A DNA stretch of 64,000 nt from Pseudogymnoascus verrucosus. Lineage: Eukaryota. Shown one piece after another: positions 48,912 through 62,604 of this stretch. Each line of letters starts with the position of its first letter. The first letter of the stretch is position 1. Location of the stretch: NCBI GenBank assembly GCA_001662655.1, contig KV460215.1. The stretch is one strand, 5' to 3'. Position numbers and translations under genes: made by a program. The notes below the pieces were generated by a model. It searched no databases. It was not told the origin of the DNA and saw nothing but the letters and a program-made list of their open reading frames with translations.

Positions 48912-50161
48912 TTTCAATTAAGCAGGAGCGCTACGCTATTTTGGGAAGGCATGGCACGTGACCATGATACAATGGTTGCCATCACGTGACAGTTTATAAA
49001 TATAGAACCGGGGCATCCCGCATGTCTGTTCCTGTTCCTGGATGGAACTATCGATTTATTTACTTCTTTTGTATTTGCATCAGTATCTTTTGATGTTACG
49101 GAATGGCGAATAAAGACCCCCAGTACGACAAATGAGGTAAAAATGGAAGGCGCAACCGGCTACTATAGCACAGCATATTGTGTTAACCCGATGCACGTAA
49201 GCACTTGATAGCAAATAGCGGCAGCCACGGCTGGATTTGCGACAAGCGTGAAGAGACTCTACTGCGTCGAGAATCTATGAAGAAAGACTTAGGAAACGAA
49301 AGAGAAGCATCTTACTGTATCTCACTGACTTCTAACTGCCATCTTACCGCATATCTGTCCATCTGCCGCGGCCTACTGTGGCGCGTAGATCGTGGATACC
49401 ATCTTGCTACATATCGTGATACGAATAACTCTCCAGGTACTGAACTGAATGGAATATTACCAAATATTCCCATTCACAAGTGAGAGTGAATCCAATCGAA
49501 CTCTAACTTGCTCACAATATTACAGTCCTCATCCAACTGCCGCGCGTATTTAGCGCACATGTATAAACATTCATACAAAAATCATTCTTTCTATCTTCCC
49601 ATCTTTCCACCTTCTATATTTATATCGACACATACGTAGGTCTATGCGCCCCCTTCGTGTTCCCCAATGAAGAATCTTGGCGGGTTTACAGCCTGTTTCA
49701 GCTTTGCATTGGTGGCGCTGTCTGCACTAACAGCCACCACACACGACTTCACAGCCAAAGATCGACGCCCCGACGAGGCCCCGACTCCACCCCAGACGCG
49801 CAACTCTTACCGTCGTCCTACCGTCCCGGTACTAGATTTCTACGAATCCATTTGACCCATCTACAACTCCACTTCCAAGCCTCATTCTTCACGGCTTGTT
49901 CTGTTATTTTGTCCCTTTATCAACACTCTCTCTTATACCCCGTTCTGTTCTTGTTTGTGAACGACTTCATGACCTGCAATCTATCTCATTTACCCTCTTA
50001 TTATCAACAGCCTGTCGCTTATCCAACGCGCGCATCCGAACCATTCACCCCCTTACGAAACGATTCACATCGAGAGACACAAGAGGGTCCAATACACCAT
50101 CAAGGCGACACGTCCTCCATATCATTGCCGCTGTCGCCCTAGAGGCTGAGGCAGGGCCATA

Positions 50162-51780
50162 ATGGCGTACAACAACTCACAGCCATATCACAGCGGCGGG
50201 GCGCAAAACCAACAACCCTATTACAGCAGCTACGACGACAACCGCGAACTCCCAAGACTACCCTCATATTCACCGCAGCCAGGCCAACCCATAGTACCAC
50301 AGCCCTCAAGTTCACCCTTCGTCGGCCCCTTCGACGACCACGTATACCCTGCGAGCCACAAGGGAAGCAACGCAAGCCTGGCGGGGAACTCGCCATACTA
50401 CGGGCAAGGAGAGGCTACCCCAGGAACCTCCAACGACTTCATACCCCTACAAGACCAACAGAGGCAAAAGACCCTACCAATGCGCCACCAATATCCCTCG
50501 CAAGACCATATATACGATGCGGGACCCCCAGAGGACCCCCCGAAGCCGAGACGCAGAGGGTTGGGCATGTTCAAGGGCGAGCCGGGTGTGAGGACGGCGT
50601 GGGTGGTCTGGTTCTTTACCACCATCCAGATTGCCGTCTTCATTGCTGAGCTTGTCAAATCTGGTCAGTTCTCCCATTGGTATACATAGTTATTAGACAT
50701 CATGCTGACCCTTCACAGGCCAGCTTACCGGCCTCCCGATCCAAGTCAAGCCGACGTTCAACCCCATGATCGGCCCCTCCCCCTACGTCCTCATCAGCAT
50801 GGGCACCCGCTACACGCCGTGCATGCGCCGCATGGACGCGATCCAGAACACCACCGAGATTACCTGGCCCTGTCCCTACTCCACCTCGACCGACCCCGAC
50901 GCTGCCGAAAACGCCTGCACGCTTTCCCAGGCATGCGGCTTCTACGGTGTTCCCGAGCCAGCCTACGAAAAGGGCCAGGCCGCGCCCAACCAGTGGTTCC
51001 GCTTCATCACCCCGATGTTCCTGCACGCGGGTCTTATCCATATCGGTTTCAACCTTCTCCTCCAGGTCACCATCGGCCGCGAGATGGAGCAGTCCATTGG
51101 CCCTATCCGCTTCGCCCTCGTGTACCTCTCCTCGGGGATCTTCGGCTTTGTCCTCGGTGGTAATTTTGCTGCATCGGGAATATCCTCCACCGGTGCTTCC
51201 GGCTCCCTCTTTGGCATCATCGCCCTCATGCTCCTGGAGCTCCTCTACACGTGGTCCGAGCGCCCCAACCCCTGGAGAGATCTTGCCTTCGTCGCCCTCG
51301 ACATCATCATCTCATTCGTTCTCGGTCTCCTTCCCGGCCTGGACAACTTCTCCCACATTGGTGGTTTCCTGATGGGCCTCGCCATTGGCATCTGCATCCT
51401 TCATTCCCCTACTTCACTGAGCCGCAAGATTGGCGCCGACGAGCCGCCGTACGAGACTGTTGGCAAGCGCGGGACCGGACCTAGTGAGGTGTCCCGCTTT
51501 GTGAAGGCACCGCTTGGGTTCTTTAAGGCGCGCAAGCCGTTGTGGTGGGTGTGGTGGCTTATTCGCGCTGCGGCGCTGATCCTCATCCTGGTGCTGTTCA
51601 TTGTGCTCCTTAACAACTTCTATAAATACCAGAAGGAGTGCTCGTGGTGCAAGTACCTGAGTTGTCTGGTAAGTCCCATTGATATTGTCCATCTATTGTA
51701 ACCCCGCTAACCCTCCCATGCAGCCCGTGAAGGATTGGTGCGAACAGGGCGATCTTAATTTCCAGAGTAAGGCAGGCTGA
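50162..51780 (+). CDS. Rhomboid-family intramembrane serine protease, 3 exons
   Basis: FNPMIGP, QWFRFITPMFLHAGLIHIGFN, catalytic GASG and HIGG. Introns 50664-50718 and 51669-51723. Confidence 0.93.
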
Positions 51781-52387
51781 ACCGTCGACATCATTGTCGA
51801 GGTCGATGCCGACGGCGACGCCTTGATGGTGTCGCGGTAATTCGCATGGCTACGGTGCATCCTTATGTAGGCAGCGCGCGATTTGGCGATTGCTTATGGG
51901 GATTTGGGACGGGGTGTCACCTTCCTACCATATTACATAGCTTCGGAGAGGACGAAAAAGCATAGGGACGGCGTTGCGTTGCCAGGCTTTCCGAGCACAT
52001 GGCTAAATTAATCCCATACCATGGTGGCATTTCGCTTCTCATGTAGTGTACAGCTAAGCAGACAGGAGTCGATAGACTCTCAAGTGGAGAAAGGCAGACC
52101 GGTGGGGAATAAACTGCTCCTCACGAAACAACGTTAATTTTTGTACTGTATCTCCATGATCTTGCCCGTCCCGTCTAGTTTTGTGTGCTTCGATATGTGA
52201 CATCCTGGCCATCATATGTAGTGCATCGATATATCCCACCCCATTCCTGATATCTACGAGTAATCAAACCCCCCACCGCATCCAAGCCATTAGAAACTCC
52301 CCCTTCCCCCAACCCGCCAGCCCCGCTCAAAAACACACAGCACAGTACTCAAACACCCCATCCCAACAACGCCTCAAGAAACCCCCA

Positions 52388-55255
52388 TTAACCCTTCGAC
52401 CCCTCACTCCCCCTATCGCTCTTCCACCACCCTCCCCCTCCCCCACCACCGCCACTCCCACCCCCCCTCGCAAGCTTCAAACTAAAGCTCGGCGTCGGCA
52501 ACAGCCCCCCCGGCGCAGGTTCCGTGTTCCTCCCCGGCGCCAAACTGGCCCCCGGCCCCGCCCTCTCCCTCCTCACAACCCCGGGACTAACACTCCGTTC
52601 ACTCCGCACACTCGGCGTATCCGCCCCAACCGTCGTCCCCGTCCCCGTCGTCGCAGTCCGCATACTCCTAATACTCCCCAGCCCATCCGCCTCCGACGAA
52701 GCAGGCGTCTGGATCTCACTCGCCCACTGCATGATCTCCTCCGACTGCTCCCTCTCCTCCGTCAACCCCGTCCCAGTCCGCACACGCAGCCCAGTTCCAC
52801 TCTCCGTTGATTTCCTCCCTATGTGCCCCCTACCGCGACGGCGCGAGGAGAGCATACTCCCCGTCTCCCACACCTCCGCGCGGCGCTTCCCCCCCGCGCA
52901 ATCCTGGCGGAACACCTTGATCCCCCCGCCCAAGTCGGCAGTAATAACAATATTCCCCTCCTTATGCGCACTATGCCTCCCCCCCGGCCCCGTCGGCCTC
53001 CTCGTCCCCTCTGCCCGACTCCTCAGCGTCACAGGCGGCGGATCGCAAATATCATACACCGGATCCCCACTCATAGCCAACAACGCCCTCGTCCCCGCCG
53101 GCGCCAGCACGCTCGTCGTCACCGCCCCCGCATGACTAGCGAAGAACTCGACCGGGGCGCGCGCCCCCTCCTCGCCAGCGCCGGTGCTCCAGATGTACGT
53201 GCGGCGGTCCTCGGAGGCGCAGATGACGTAGCGGCCGTCGTCGGAGAAGGAGGCGCGGATCTGGGAGACGGCGTTGACGTGGCCGCGGAACTTGGCGGCG
53301 AGGGATTTATCGCGCAGGGCGTACAGGCGCACGCGGCTGTCGTTGGAGGAGACGAGGATCTGGACGTCGCCGTCTGGGGTGGTGGCTGTGCGAATGCCGG
53401 TGATTTTGGAGCCCTTGGCGTTGCGGCCGCGGGAGGAGCGCACGTGGATCTGGGTATGGTATTTTAGGCCCTCGGTTTCGTAGAAGAGGCAGAGACCGGA
53501 GAGGACGCCGGCCATGGCGGTGCGGCCGTCGGGGGTGAAGGCGACGGCGGTGATGAGGTCGGGGAGCTGGTTCCAGAAGGCGACGGCTTTGTCGGGGATG
53601 CTCCACAGGCGGAGTACGGAGTCGAGGGAGCCGGCGAGGAAGAAGCGGTCGTCGCGCGGGTGGAAGGCGATGCTGGTTACGAAGTCGCGGTGCTTGAAGG
53701 TGCAGAGGCATTCGGCGCGGCTGACGTGCCAGAGACGCACGGTCTTGTCCATAGACGAGGAGAGGAGGAAGTTGTTCTTGCTCCAGCTTAGGTCGAGGAC
53801 TGTGGCGCCGTGGCCCTCGAATTCGCGGACGGGCTTGCTGCGGAAGACCGGCGCGCTGAGGGGGGCGCCGTGGCCTTCGCTTTGTTCCTCTTCGGCTTCG
53901 TGCGCGGCGCGCTCACCGGCTGTTGCGATCACAGACCACACTCGCACGACGGTGTCTTGGCCAGCGGCGGCGAGATACTTGCCATCAAGACTAAACTCAG
54001 TAGTCCACACCGCGCCACCATGCTGCTCGCGTGACGTCGGGCGTGACCCAGGAGGCACATCAGGAACCGTCTTCTCCTTCTCCTCCCCCGCCGCCACCGG
54101 GTTCTTCGTTCCACACAACTCCTGCGCCAGGAACATCCGATTAAACTCCCTCTCCCTCTTATACCTCGCCCTAACCTTAATATACCTCGGTGGTTCCTTA
54201 TGCTGCGGCATGAACCCGCTCGCCGAGCGCGCAGCACCCGCATACGCCTGGGCGTTCATACCCTCGGTGCGGAGATCGCCCTGCTCGCTCTCGTCGTCGT
54301 CGTCGTCGTCCGCGTCCGCGTCCATGCCTTTCTTCTTGCCGATGCTGAAGCGGCTGAGGAATGAGACTTTTCTATATGTTTTAGACCGGGTTAGCTGGGG
54401 CTCGGGCACGGGGACGGGGATGCGCTGCGCCGACGGGGGACAGGGGTGCGTGCACCACCACCGCCGCGCGGCGCAGTGGGTGGGACGTCAATGGCGGACC
54501 GTGATAAGTGACAGAATGCGGTGCGGGTTCGGGTAAAGGGAAATGAATGTATGTGCAATTGGGGGCTTAATTGGGAAGTTATGGTTGGGGGGGGTATGCC
54601 GAATTGGAATCCACCTACTTCTTCTCCCTCTGCGGCGCGCCTTCCTCCCTCGACCCCTCCGTCGCAGCGCTCCTTGCCGTGCCGCCCCCAGCACCCGTCT
54701 CGCTCGCCGGCGTCACAACCTCGTTCTTCGGGCTATCCGCCACGTTCGCGGTGCGCATGCGATGCGGGATCGTGTTCTCGGTGTTCGTGCGCTTGAGGAT
54801 ATGCTGTTTGCGGCAACGGTCTGGTCAGCGCTGTTGCCTTGAGGAGGAGAAGGGGGGGGGGATTCAATGCAATGCAATGCGCGCAGGAAGGAAGAGGGAA
54901 GGGAGGTACGTACGTGTGACAGCGGATCAATAGCCGCAGACGACGTCTTCCCCCCAGCAGCCGCGCTCTTCGTATTCCCCGAGCGTATAGTCGGGCTTCT
55001 CATGGCCTTGCTGCCGATGCTTGGCGACTTTCGAGACGCCGCGTTGCCTATACACGTCAGCTTCTAAAATATAAAAATATCTCGGTGCATATCCCCCCTC
55101 CCCCTTCCCCACTCCCCGCAGGTATAGAAAGAATAACACACAAACACACCTTCACTCCCACTACTCGCCCCCCCCACGCCGCCCTTCACGCTTCCCCCCC
55201 CGCCCTCCTCTCCCCGTCCATCTAGAACCCGAATCACTGGCACCGCATCAGCCAT
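52388..55255 (-). CDS. WD40-repeat protein (WDR44/Laf1-Dgr2-like)
   Basis: AIDPLSH-HILKRTN, REFNRMFLAQEL, FSLDGKYLAAAGQD, LDLSWSKNNFLLSSSMDKTVRLW, FHPRDDRFFLAGSLD. 5' exons inferred and less certain. Confidence 0.88.
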
Positions 55256-57325
55256 GTCACACACCTCTGACGCGCGCACGCCCTCCCTTCGTATCTCGTT
55301 CCTTCCGCGTATAACACAGAGATCGGCAGGCAGCCGCAATTCAACCCAGTCAGTAGCAGCCCCAGTCCCCTTCGCGCACGTATGTATGTATGCCCCCTTT
55401 CGCACTCACAAAGGCCCGCGCAGCTTCGGATTCGCTTCCCTGGCGGGTTATCTCGGATTCGCGCTTCGACCCTCTAAGAGGCAGGTAGCTAGTATCGTGG
55501 CTTCGGCTTCGGATTCGCATTCGCTTTCCCTCCCTCTCAATCCGCGTCGTTTCGTTTCGTGTCGTGCGCCCCGTCCGTACCTATCCCGGCGCCCCGAACC
55601 CTCAAAAAAAAAGCCCCTCCCCCAGTAGTAGCAGACAGTACACGCGCCTTATTTCGCCTTCCAGTTCTTCAACAAAAATACCAAATCGCTTTTGCCTACC
55701 GCCGTCGCTACCGTCGTGGAATTGTTGCTTGTCGATCTCTGCAATGTGTAAGTCGCAGGAATCGCCCTCGTATAAATTACCCTATCCGTGCATGCGTCCG
55801 TCGGGCGCGCGGTGCTCACAACGTCTAGTCGCATGTACGTACGTCACCGGACGCTCCCGGCGGTTGGTCGCGAGACTGACTGGCGGGAGTGGGATCCAGC
55901 CACACACAAGACCCGGAGAATAGAGGACCCGCACGCTTCCCCTATTATTATTTTTGGGATGGGCCTCCTGACACTGATAGACGGGGCTAGATGGGGAGAT
56001 TTTTATTTTATTTTAGGGGTTTGAGGCACGTGCTTATTTGTTAGAGGAGGAGGTGGAAAAGGGTTATGTGAAGGGTGGTTATGTCTGTATAATACAAGTG
56101 AAGAGTGAACGAGTGAGATGTGCACAGGGTTAGTTAGACAAAGCAGTGCCGTCTTGGAAAGGCAGCTTAGCTCACTAAGAGCCGTGCTAATACAACAACA
56201 TATACTACAGACGCAGTATCTATACGCGTATCCCGATTTACCTTCTGCTCGTGTGCCTAACTAACTGTCTATGGTTTAAATACGTGTACTACACAACATG
56301 CATGATTTACTCGTCCATAAAACAGACCAAAGCGTCGTGAAGTCCTGCTTCATACGCTGTGACCTCTTCCGGAGTATCCGCCCTAAAATAGAAAGGGCCG
56401 GGCGGCTCCTCTTCTTCGGCTTCATACATACGTCCTCTTCCGGTGCATCCGCAAGGCATAAAATGTCCTCGTCTTCGGCTTTCCACGTGTGAAAAAGAGA
56501 AGAAATTTCACCACCTCAAAATGTCAGTGTGGAACGGGCGGAGACGAGGGTCATGGAATATTCACAATCGTGCAGTTATACATACACATACACAACCGCC
56601 CTGGGACCCATTTGTCCAAGCAACACACAAAACATCACATCAACACACCCACGAAGACAGCCATTATTAACCAAAGACAAGCTCATCCCATTAAAGTAAC
56701 AAGCTCTCCTCCCCTACTCTCCTCCGTCCCCATCCATCTAATCATCCATCCCCCATCATCCATCCACATTAAACAACCCGTCATCTAATTATATTCCTCC
56801 CAAAAATATCCCCTCCCAATCCCCCATCCACCCGACCTGTCACACCTACTCAACACAGACACAACACATCATAAACACCACTCCCACACACCCACCAAAC
56901 ACCCAATCCCGCCTTTCCCTCATCCGCCCAAAACACCATCTTCCAGCACCCGACACACCTGAAGTAAAAAAAAAAAAGGAGCCACGCAGAACAAGACAAA
57001 TCCGCAGCGAATGTAGGGCCCAAAAGTCTAATAGTATCATTTCGAAGAAGTAAAAAGGCGTCCCTGTCCAGAAGGGGCGCACGAGCTTGCTCCGGGGTTC
57101 CACGTAGCGTCCCTAACCCCACGTCTGCATGCCCCCGCTCAGAAGAGAGAGAGCAAGAAGGCAGCGACAGGAAGGGTGGGAATGCCGGAACCATGCAGCG
57201 CTCACTCGCGCAAGAAGCGAAGATAGATATCCGAACGATTGTGGTATTTGTACAAAAAAAATTAACATCACAAAACGCAAGCCTATGCATCAAAAACAAA
57301 GCTAGTTTCGGGCAAGCCCGATCGT

Positions 57326-59377
57326 TTATCTCAGAGGGTTTTTGACATCATTGACGCCATTCGCGACGACCTCGCGCAGGCCCCAGCGCGGCGGCTTGAC
57401 GACGGCCTTCGCGCCATTCGCCTTGAGCCACTCGCGCTCCATCTCGGGGGTGACGCCATCAGCGAGGTTCTCCGCGCCACCAGCGACGCCGCTCGAGAAC
57501 TTGAGCTGGAGGACGTTTCCGACCTCGTCGCAGGCGGCGAGGATGCGGTCCATGTCGTCCTTGTTGTGGGCGGCGGAGACGCAGAAGCGAGCACGCGAGG
57601 ATATGAGCGGGGTGGCGGGGTAGGCGACGATAACGACAGAGATCTTGCGACGGAGCATTTCGTGCGAGAAGGCGGGCATCTTGGCGGGGTTGTACAGGAG
57701 CACGGGGATGATGGGGGAGTCGTCGTGGCCGTAGACAATGAAGCCGAGGCGCTTCAATCCTAAGCGGAGGTAGCGAGAGTTGAATGCGATACGCTGGAGA
57801 CGCTCCTCGCCCTGGCCAGGTACGAGCTCACCAGTGATGATACGGAGTGCGCTGAGAATCTGCGTCAGGACAGGTGGAGAGGGAGATTCTCCGTAGATTG
57901 TGGCAGAGTTGGTCGCGCGGAGCTTGGCGATGATGTTCTTCTCACCAGCGATGTATCCACCGTTGGCGCCGAAGGACTTGGTCAATGTACCCATGAGAAT
58001 ATCAATCTCGGCAGGATCGATACCAAAGAAGTCGCAGACACCGCGTCCCTTTGGTCCGAGAGCACCGATAGAGTGAGCCTCATCGACAAACAGGTTGTAC
58101 TTGTAGCGCTTCTTCAGTTTCAGGAGACCAGGCAGGTTGCACATGGTTCCCTCCATCGAGTAGAGACCCTCGACAACGACGAGAATCTTCTTCCACGGGC
58201 GGTGAGTCCTTGGCTGTCCTTGAGAGATAACTTCGCGAAGTAGGCGTTCCAGATCCTTCATGTCGTTGTGCTTGAAGCTGCTAATCATGGCACCCGAAAG
58301 GCGAGCGCCAATACGGATAGATGCGTGGTTGAGCTCGTCCGAGATGATCAGGCAGCCCTTGCCAACCAAAGCCGGGAAAGTCGTGGCATTCGTGCTGAAT
58401 CCCATAGAGAAAACCATCGCGTCTGGCTTGCCAACAAACTTCGCAATCTCGCGTTCGACTTCGATGACCAAGTCAGACGTTCCAGCATCTGCTCTTGGAC
58501 TGGCGACGCTGATTCCGTACTTCTTGACAGTCTCCTCGACGGCATCCGCACAGGGGCCCTCAGACTGGGCAAAACCAAGATAATTGTAGGAACTCATGTT
58601 CAACGTCTCGGTGAATGTTCCGGTGAACTGGAAGGTCTGGTTGAAGTCGTCCGACTTGCGGTCGATCAGAGTGATGTAACGGCCCGGAACTCCAGTGGTT
58701 GGGCGAGAGAAACAGTCGTTAATACGCATCTTCAGACGGCGCACATAGAAGTTGTCGAAATCGCTGTTGAGGGCAGCGTAACCGTTGGCAGACTTGAGGT
58801 GCTTGTAATGGAGCGGGCGGAAGCGCTTTCCGAAGAAATCCCGGACGTGTCCAAAGACGATGAGAATTAAGTAACTGAGATATGTGGTAAGGAGGTAGTA
58901 GTACGGCGGCTCGTCCATCACTGGCTCTTCCAGCTCTTCGCCCATATGCTGGCTGACATATCTATGCGATTGGTGGACGAGCGGACCGAACTGGGCTTCG
59001 ACACGAGCCTGACGCTTGGCTTCCGCGGCCGACGGCGGCTGGAATAATGTGGTTGCTGGCTCCTCCATTGTGGCTTCTTCGTCCTCGACTGCGGATAGAG
59101 AGATTGTCGGTAGGGAGACGTTCGAGGCGTTGATGGAAGGTGACGGGTTGTTCAGGAGGTACTGTTGTTGCGCAGCTGCTGCAGCCAACAAGGCGGACTG
59201 AGCGGATTGTTGCTCCTTGCTCTTGGGGGTGCCCGAGAAGAAATGTGTTAATCTCGACGCCTTCGCGAAGGAGTTTCTTCGTGCGGCCGGCTTCTCAGCT
59301 GCTGCTGGGGCCGTAACCGTCGAAGTGGCAGTGCTCGCAAATGGATTTTTAATACCCTGACGAGGCATTGTGGTCAT
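57326..59377 (-). CDS. LCB2: Serine palmitoyltransferase subunit 2
   Basis: LNMSSYNYLGFAQ, SDELNHASI, VEGLYSMEG, DEAHSIGA, PLP lysine GTLTKSFG, RARFCVSAAH. Confidence 0.97.
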   Translation of the reverse strand: MTTMPRQGIKNPFASTATSTVTAPAAAEKPAARRNSFAKASRLTHFFSGTPKSKEQQSAQSALLAAAAAQQQYLLNNPSPSINASNVSLPTISLSAVEDEEATMEEPATTLFQPPSAAEAKRQARVEAQFGPLVHQSHRYVSQHMGEELEEPVMDEPPYYYLLTTYLSYLILIVFGHVRDFFGKRFRPLHYKHLKSANGYAALNSDFDNFYVRRLKMRINDCFSRPTTGVPGRYITLIDRKSDDFNQTFQFTGTFTETLNMSSYNYLGFAQSEGPCADAVEETVKKYGISVASPRADAGTSDLVIEVEREIAKFVGKPDAMVFSMGFSTNATTFPALVGKGCLIISDELNHASIRIGARLSGAMISSFKHNDMKDLERLLREVISQGQPRTHRPWKKILVVVEGLYSMEGTMCNLPGLLKLKKRYKYNLFVDEAHSIGALGPKGRGVCDFFGIDPAEIDILMGTLTKSFGANGGYIAGEKNIIAKLRATNSATIYGESPSPPVLTQILSALRIITGELVPGQGEERLQRIAFNSRYLRLGLKRLGFIVYGHDDSPIIPVLLYNPAKMPAFSHEMLRRKISVVIVAYPATPLISSRARFCVSAAHNKDDMDRILAACDEVGNVLQLKFSSGVAGGAENLADGVTPEMEREWLKANGAKAVVKPPRWGLREVVANGVNDVKNPLR

Positions 59378-61373
59378 GGGTGAGGTGATTTTGCGGTGTT
59401 TAGGGCAGCCTTAATTGAATAAGGTCTGACGGGACGGATTGTAGTTGTGAGGGTGTATTAGAACCTCGATTGTAGTTCGAGATTTGGAAACCGACGTCAA
59501 CGTAGTGGCGCAGGTGGTGTTGGGGCCAAGAGAGACGCGTAGAGGATCAATCTGCGGGATGAGCGGGTAATGTCAGCCAAGGACCTGGAGAGAAGGCTCG
59601 TGCGTGATAGCCACCTGCAGGATAGAGAAGGTGTTTTAGGAAGGAAGAGATGCTTGGTATGTAGGCAGAGACAGGGTAGTGTCTTCAGCCACAGGTGTGT
59701 AGGTATTCGAAGTATGAGGTAGGGTAATAGGAGTTTGGCGATAGGGTAGAGAGGGAGTTTTGACATACCGAATCGAGTCCGTGATGGGGTGAAAGGAATG
59801 AGAGATCGGAGTCGTAGATACCCCGTGTGAACTTCTGCGTCGTCGAGGTTTCGAGGAAGGCGCAGAGGGGGGCGGACAAGAGTAAAGAGCTAAAATGGCC
59901 GTGGATTGAGACTGGTCATTGACACTCGTTCGGTCTCCTTCCTTTTGTTCCTTTTCCCGTCGGTCGCGAGCTACGACGTGACGACCCTTCACAGCGGCAT
60001 AAACCACGAGAGAGGAAGGTTTGACAGGAGGTCGACGACGTGGGTTTGGCAGGTGAAGTCGAGCTGAGGAGGGGGGGAGGTAAGAGGAGTAGAAGTTGTC
60101 GGGAGGTGGGAGAAGACCGGTAGAGATAGGACGGGGGGATCGAGATGAAAGGGATAGCGAGGTGCAAGGACCCAGCTCGATAATTGTGGAGTAGGAAGGA
60201 AGAAGTAAGGCAGCCAGATGCAGAATGAGGCCAAGAAAAGGGAGGGAATAGAGGAATAGAGAGGATATGAAGGATAGCTTGTCATTTATGAACGGAAATG
60301 AAGGCAGCCAGGCAGGTTATGAAAGGGTAGGGGTGTGGGAAGGGGCTTGTTGGGATGAAGAAGTAGAGTTTTGGTGTATTGACAGTATAAAAGGTACTTG
60401 AGTGGCCACGGATTGCCGGGAGTGATGGAGATGATGGAAGAGCGAGGGCTAGGATTGGCAGGATTAGAGAGCAGTTTCTCGCTTAGACTACCTGATTAGG
60501 CAATTATGTACGATTAGTACGATTAGTACGATTAGCGCTTTTTGTACAGTTTTTCGGCTTTTATTGTACATTTTACAGTCCCACCAGCGAGAAACCAGCG
60601 ACGGAGACCACGAAGACCAACGATCACCGGCGGATCCGAGTCAAATAGCTTGGCAGGATTGACAATCATCGGAGTTTGTGATGTGATGGATGTGTACGGA
60701 GTATCATGTTTGTTCATTACCTTCTCTCTTCTGCTTATGTTAACTGAAAGTACACTTTGACCAAAGGACACCAGCAAGTCGGTACATTTCTGTCGAAGAG
60801 TACTTAACAACATATATCATGATGTCATGTCATCTGCTCGGGCAGTGGTGATTCACCATGACTAACTACACTGTAGAACTCCAAAACTATAACATGCTGT
60901 CCTCTTCACCCCCTATTAAAATCCAGAGCCCTCCTGTCTCGAACTCAGACAAAATAATATCCCGCTATGGAGCACACACGCATTAAAGCACAATCACAAT
61001 CACACCACAAAGTGGCACTACAGTATAAAAGTACACCACTTTATGCTCACTCAGTACAGTCAGATCACGTGCTCCTAACTATTCAGCCCACTCGGAATCC
61101 ACTCCACGCGCTGCCGGGAGATTACAGGACAAAAACCCTTCACCAACGCCCATGCTCCCGCACTCTGATTGGTCTCACAACAGCTCTAGCTCCCCCCACC
61201 TTGCCCCATCAGGTCGTAGCGCGTGCATTAGCCAGGTACGGGAGCGAAAAAAAACCGAGGCAGCGGGCGCGGATGTGTAGTTGGATCGAGTCTAGGTGGA
61301 GTGGAGTGGTGAGTGGTGGGTGGGGGGTGGTGGATCTGCCTGTCCTTTCCATCCTCCCTTTTCTCTCCGTATA

Positions 61374-61465
61374 CACGTGAAAGAAAAGATGCTATTTTAT
61401 ATCACGTGCCTTTCTTTTCATCACGTGACTCTATATTCATCACGTGGCTGGTATTGTATCACGTG
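61374..61465. promoter_or_regulatory. Array of CACGTG E-boxes
   Basis: CACGTG at 61374, 61403, 61422, 61441 and 61460. The last four are all ATCACGTG and exactly 19 bp apart. Confidence 0.8.
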
Positions 61466-61906
61466 AGTATTCGTGCCCCAAAAAATGAAACTAATAGGGG
61501 GGAGCGGCAAAACTAAAACCCAGAGTCCCCACTCGCTAAACCCCTAGTCCCCCTCCCCGCCCCCCTTCCCGCTCCGCCCCGCCCCGCCAATCCCCAACCA
61601 CCCCCCAAGCCAAGGGCAAAGCTGACAAGGCGTGCGGTGTGTATCACTAAAAAGAGCGTGGGATCCCCGTTTTGCTGAGAAGCCAGCACATACCTACATA
61701 CTCCACCCTTTTGCATCGAATTATATCCAAACGGCGCATTACGACCTCATCTTTCGGCCTACCTACCCAACGAGGAGTGAAGACAAGCACTGTTGTTGTT
61801 GTTGCCTGACGCCCCACTTGCGCCAACGATTCGACACGGACAAGCTGCACAGCATCGCACAGCGACCAAACAGACGACGTTTAACGAATAACCAACAAGC
61901 GCAAAA

Positions 61907-62604
61907 ATGGGCTGGTTCGACGGCGCCTCAGAGGTAGCATCCTCCTACATCCTCGACGGCTACGGCTACGGCGGCCGCGCAGCGAGTCCGAGCCGCAGTA
62001 GTCGCCATGGAGGGCACAAGAAACATAAGTCGCATAAGTCGAAGACGGAGACGGGGAGTGCGTTTGGGGATTGGGCGGCGGGGGTGAGTGGTGGGGGGGT
62101 GCCGAGGGGGGGAAATAGGAGTACAACGAGTTTTTTTAGTGTTGGTGAGTTTATGTCCTTTCCTTGGGGGTTGGTGGATTGATGGGGGGGGTGAGGGATG
62201 AAAGATTGGGATTGGGATGGTCGTTAACAAGTGCCATAGGATCCGGCGCACGCTCAGCAACATCCTCCTACCGCCGCTCCCCCCGCCGCGGCCTCCTTTC
62301 CAGGACTTACTCCCGGCTCCGCCACCTCCTCCGCAAACTCCTCCATTTCCTCAAAACCCACCCCCTAAAAGTATTCATGCTCGTCATTATGCCCCTCATC
62401 ACCGGTGGCGCTTTGACGGGGCTGCTCGCGAGGTTTGGGATTAGACTTCCTGCGGGGTTGGGGAAGTTGGCGAAGATGGCGGGGGTGGGTGGTGGTGGGG
62501 GAGGGGTGAAGGGGGGGAGAGGGGGGTTGGAGGCGTTGGGAGGGGTGGGGGGGATGATGGATGGGTTGGGGGGGGTGATGAGTGTGGCGAAGTTGTTTAT
62601 TTGA
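61907..62604 (+). CDS. Small Gly/Ser/Arg-rich hypothetical protein with a hydrophobic segment, 2 exons
   Basis: aaaATG start, intron 62145-62239, HPLKVFMLVIMPLITGGALTGLLARFGIRLP. Confidence 0.75.

Noticed and set aside
53514..54536. 340-aa plus-strand ORF, and similar long antisense ORFs such as 9984-10904 and 15296-16051
   Set aside because: Shadow ORFs opposite real GC-rich genes with no recognisable motifs.
59400..61300. ORFs in the long LCB2 upstream region
   Set aside because: Short, compositionally biased and mutually overlapping. More consistent with a long 5' UTR/promoter.
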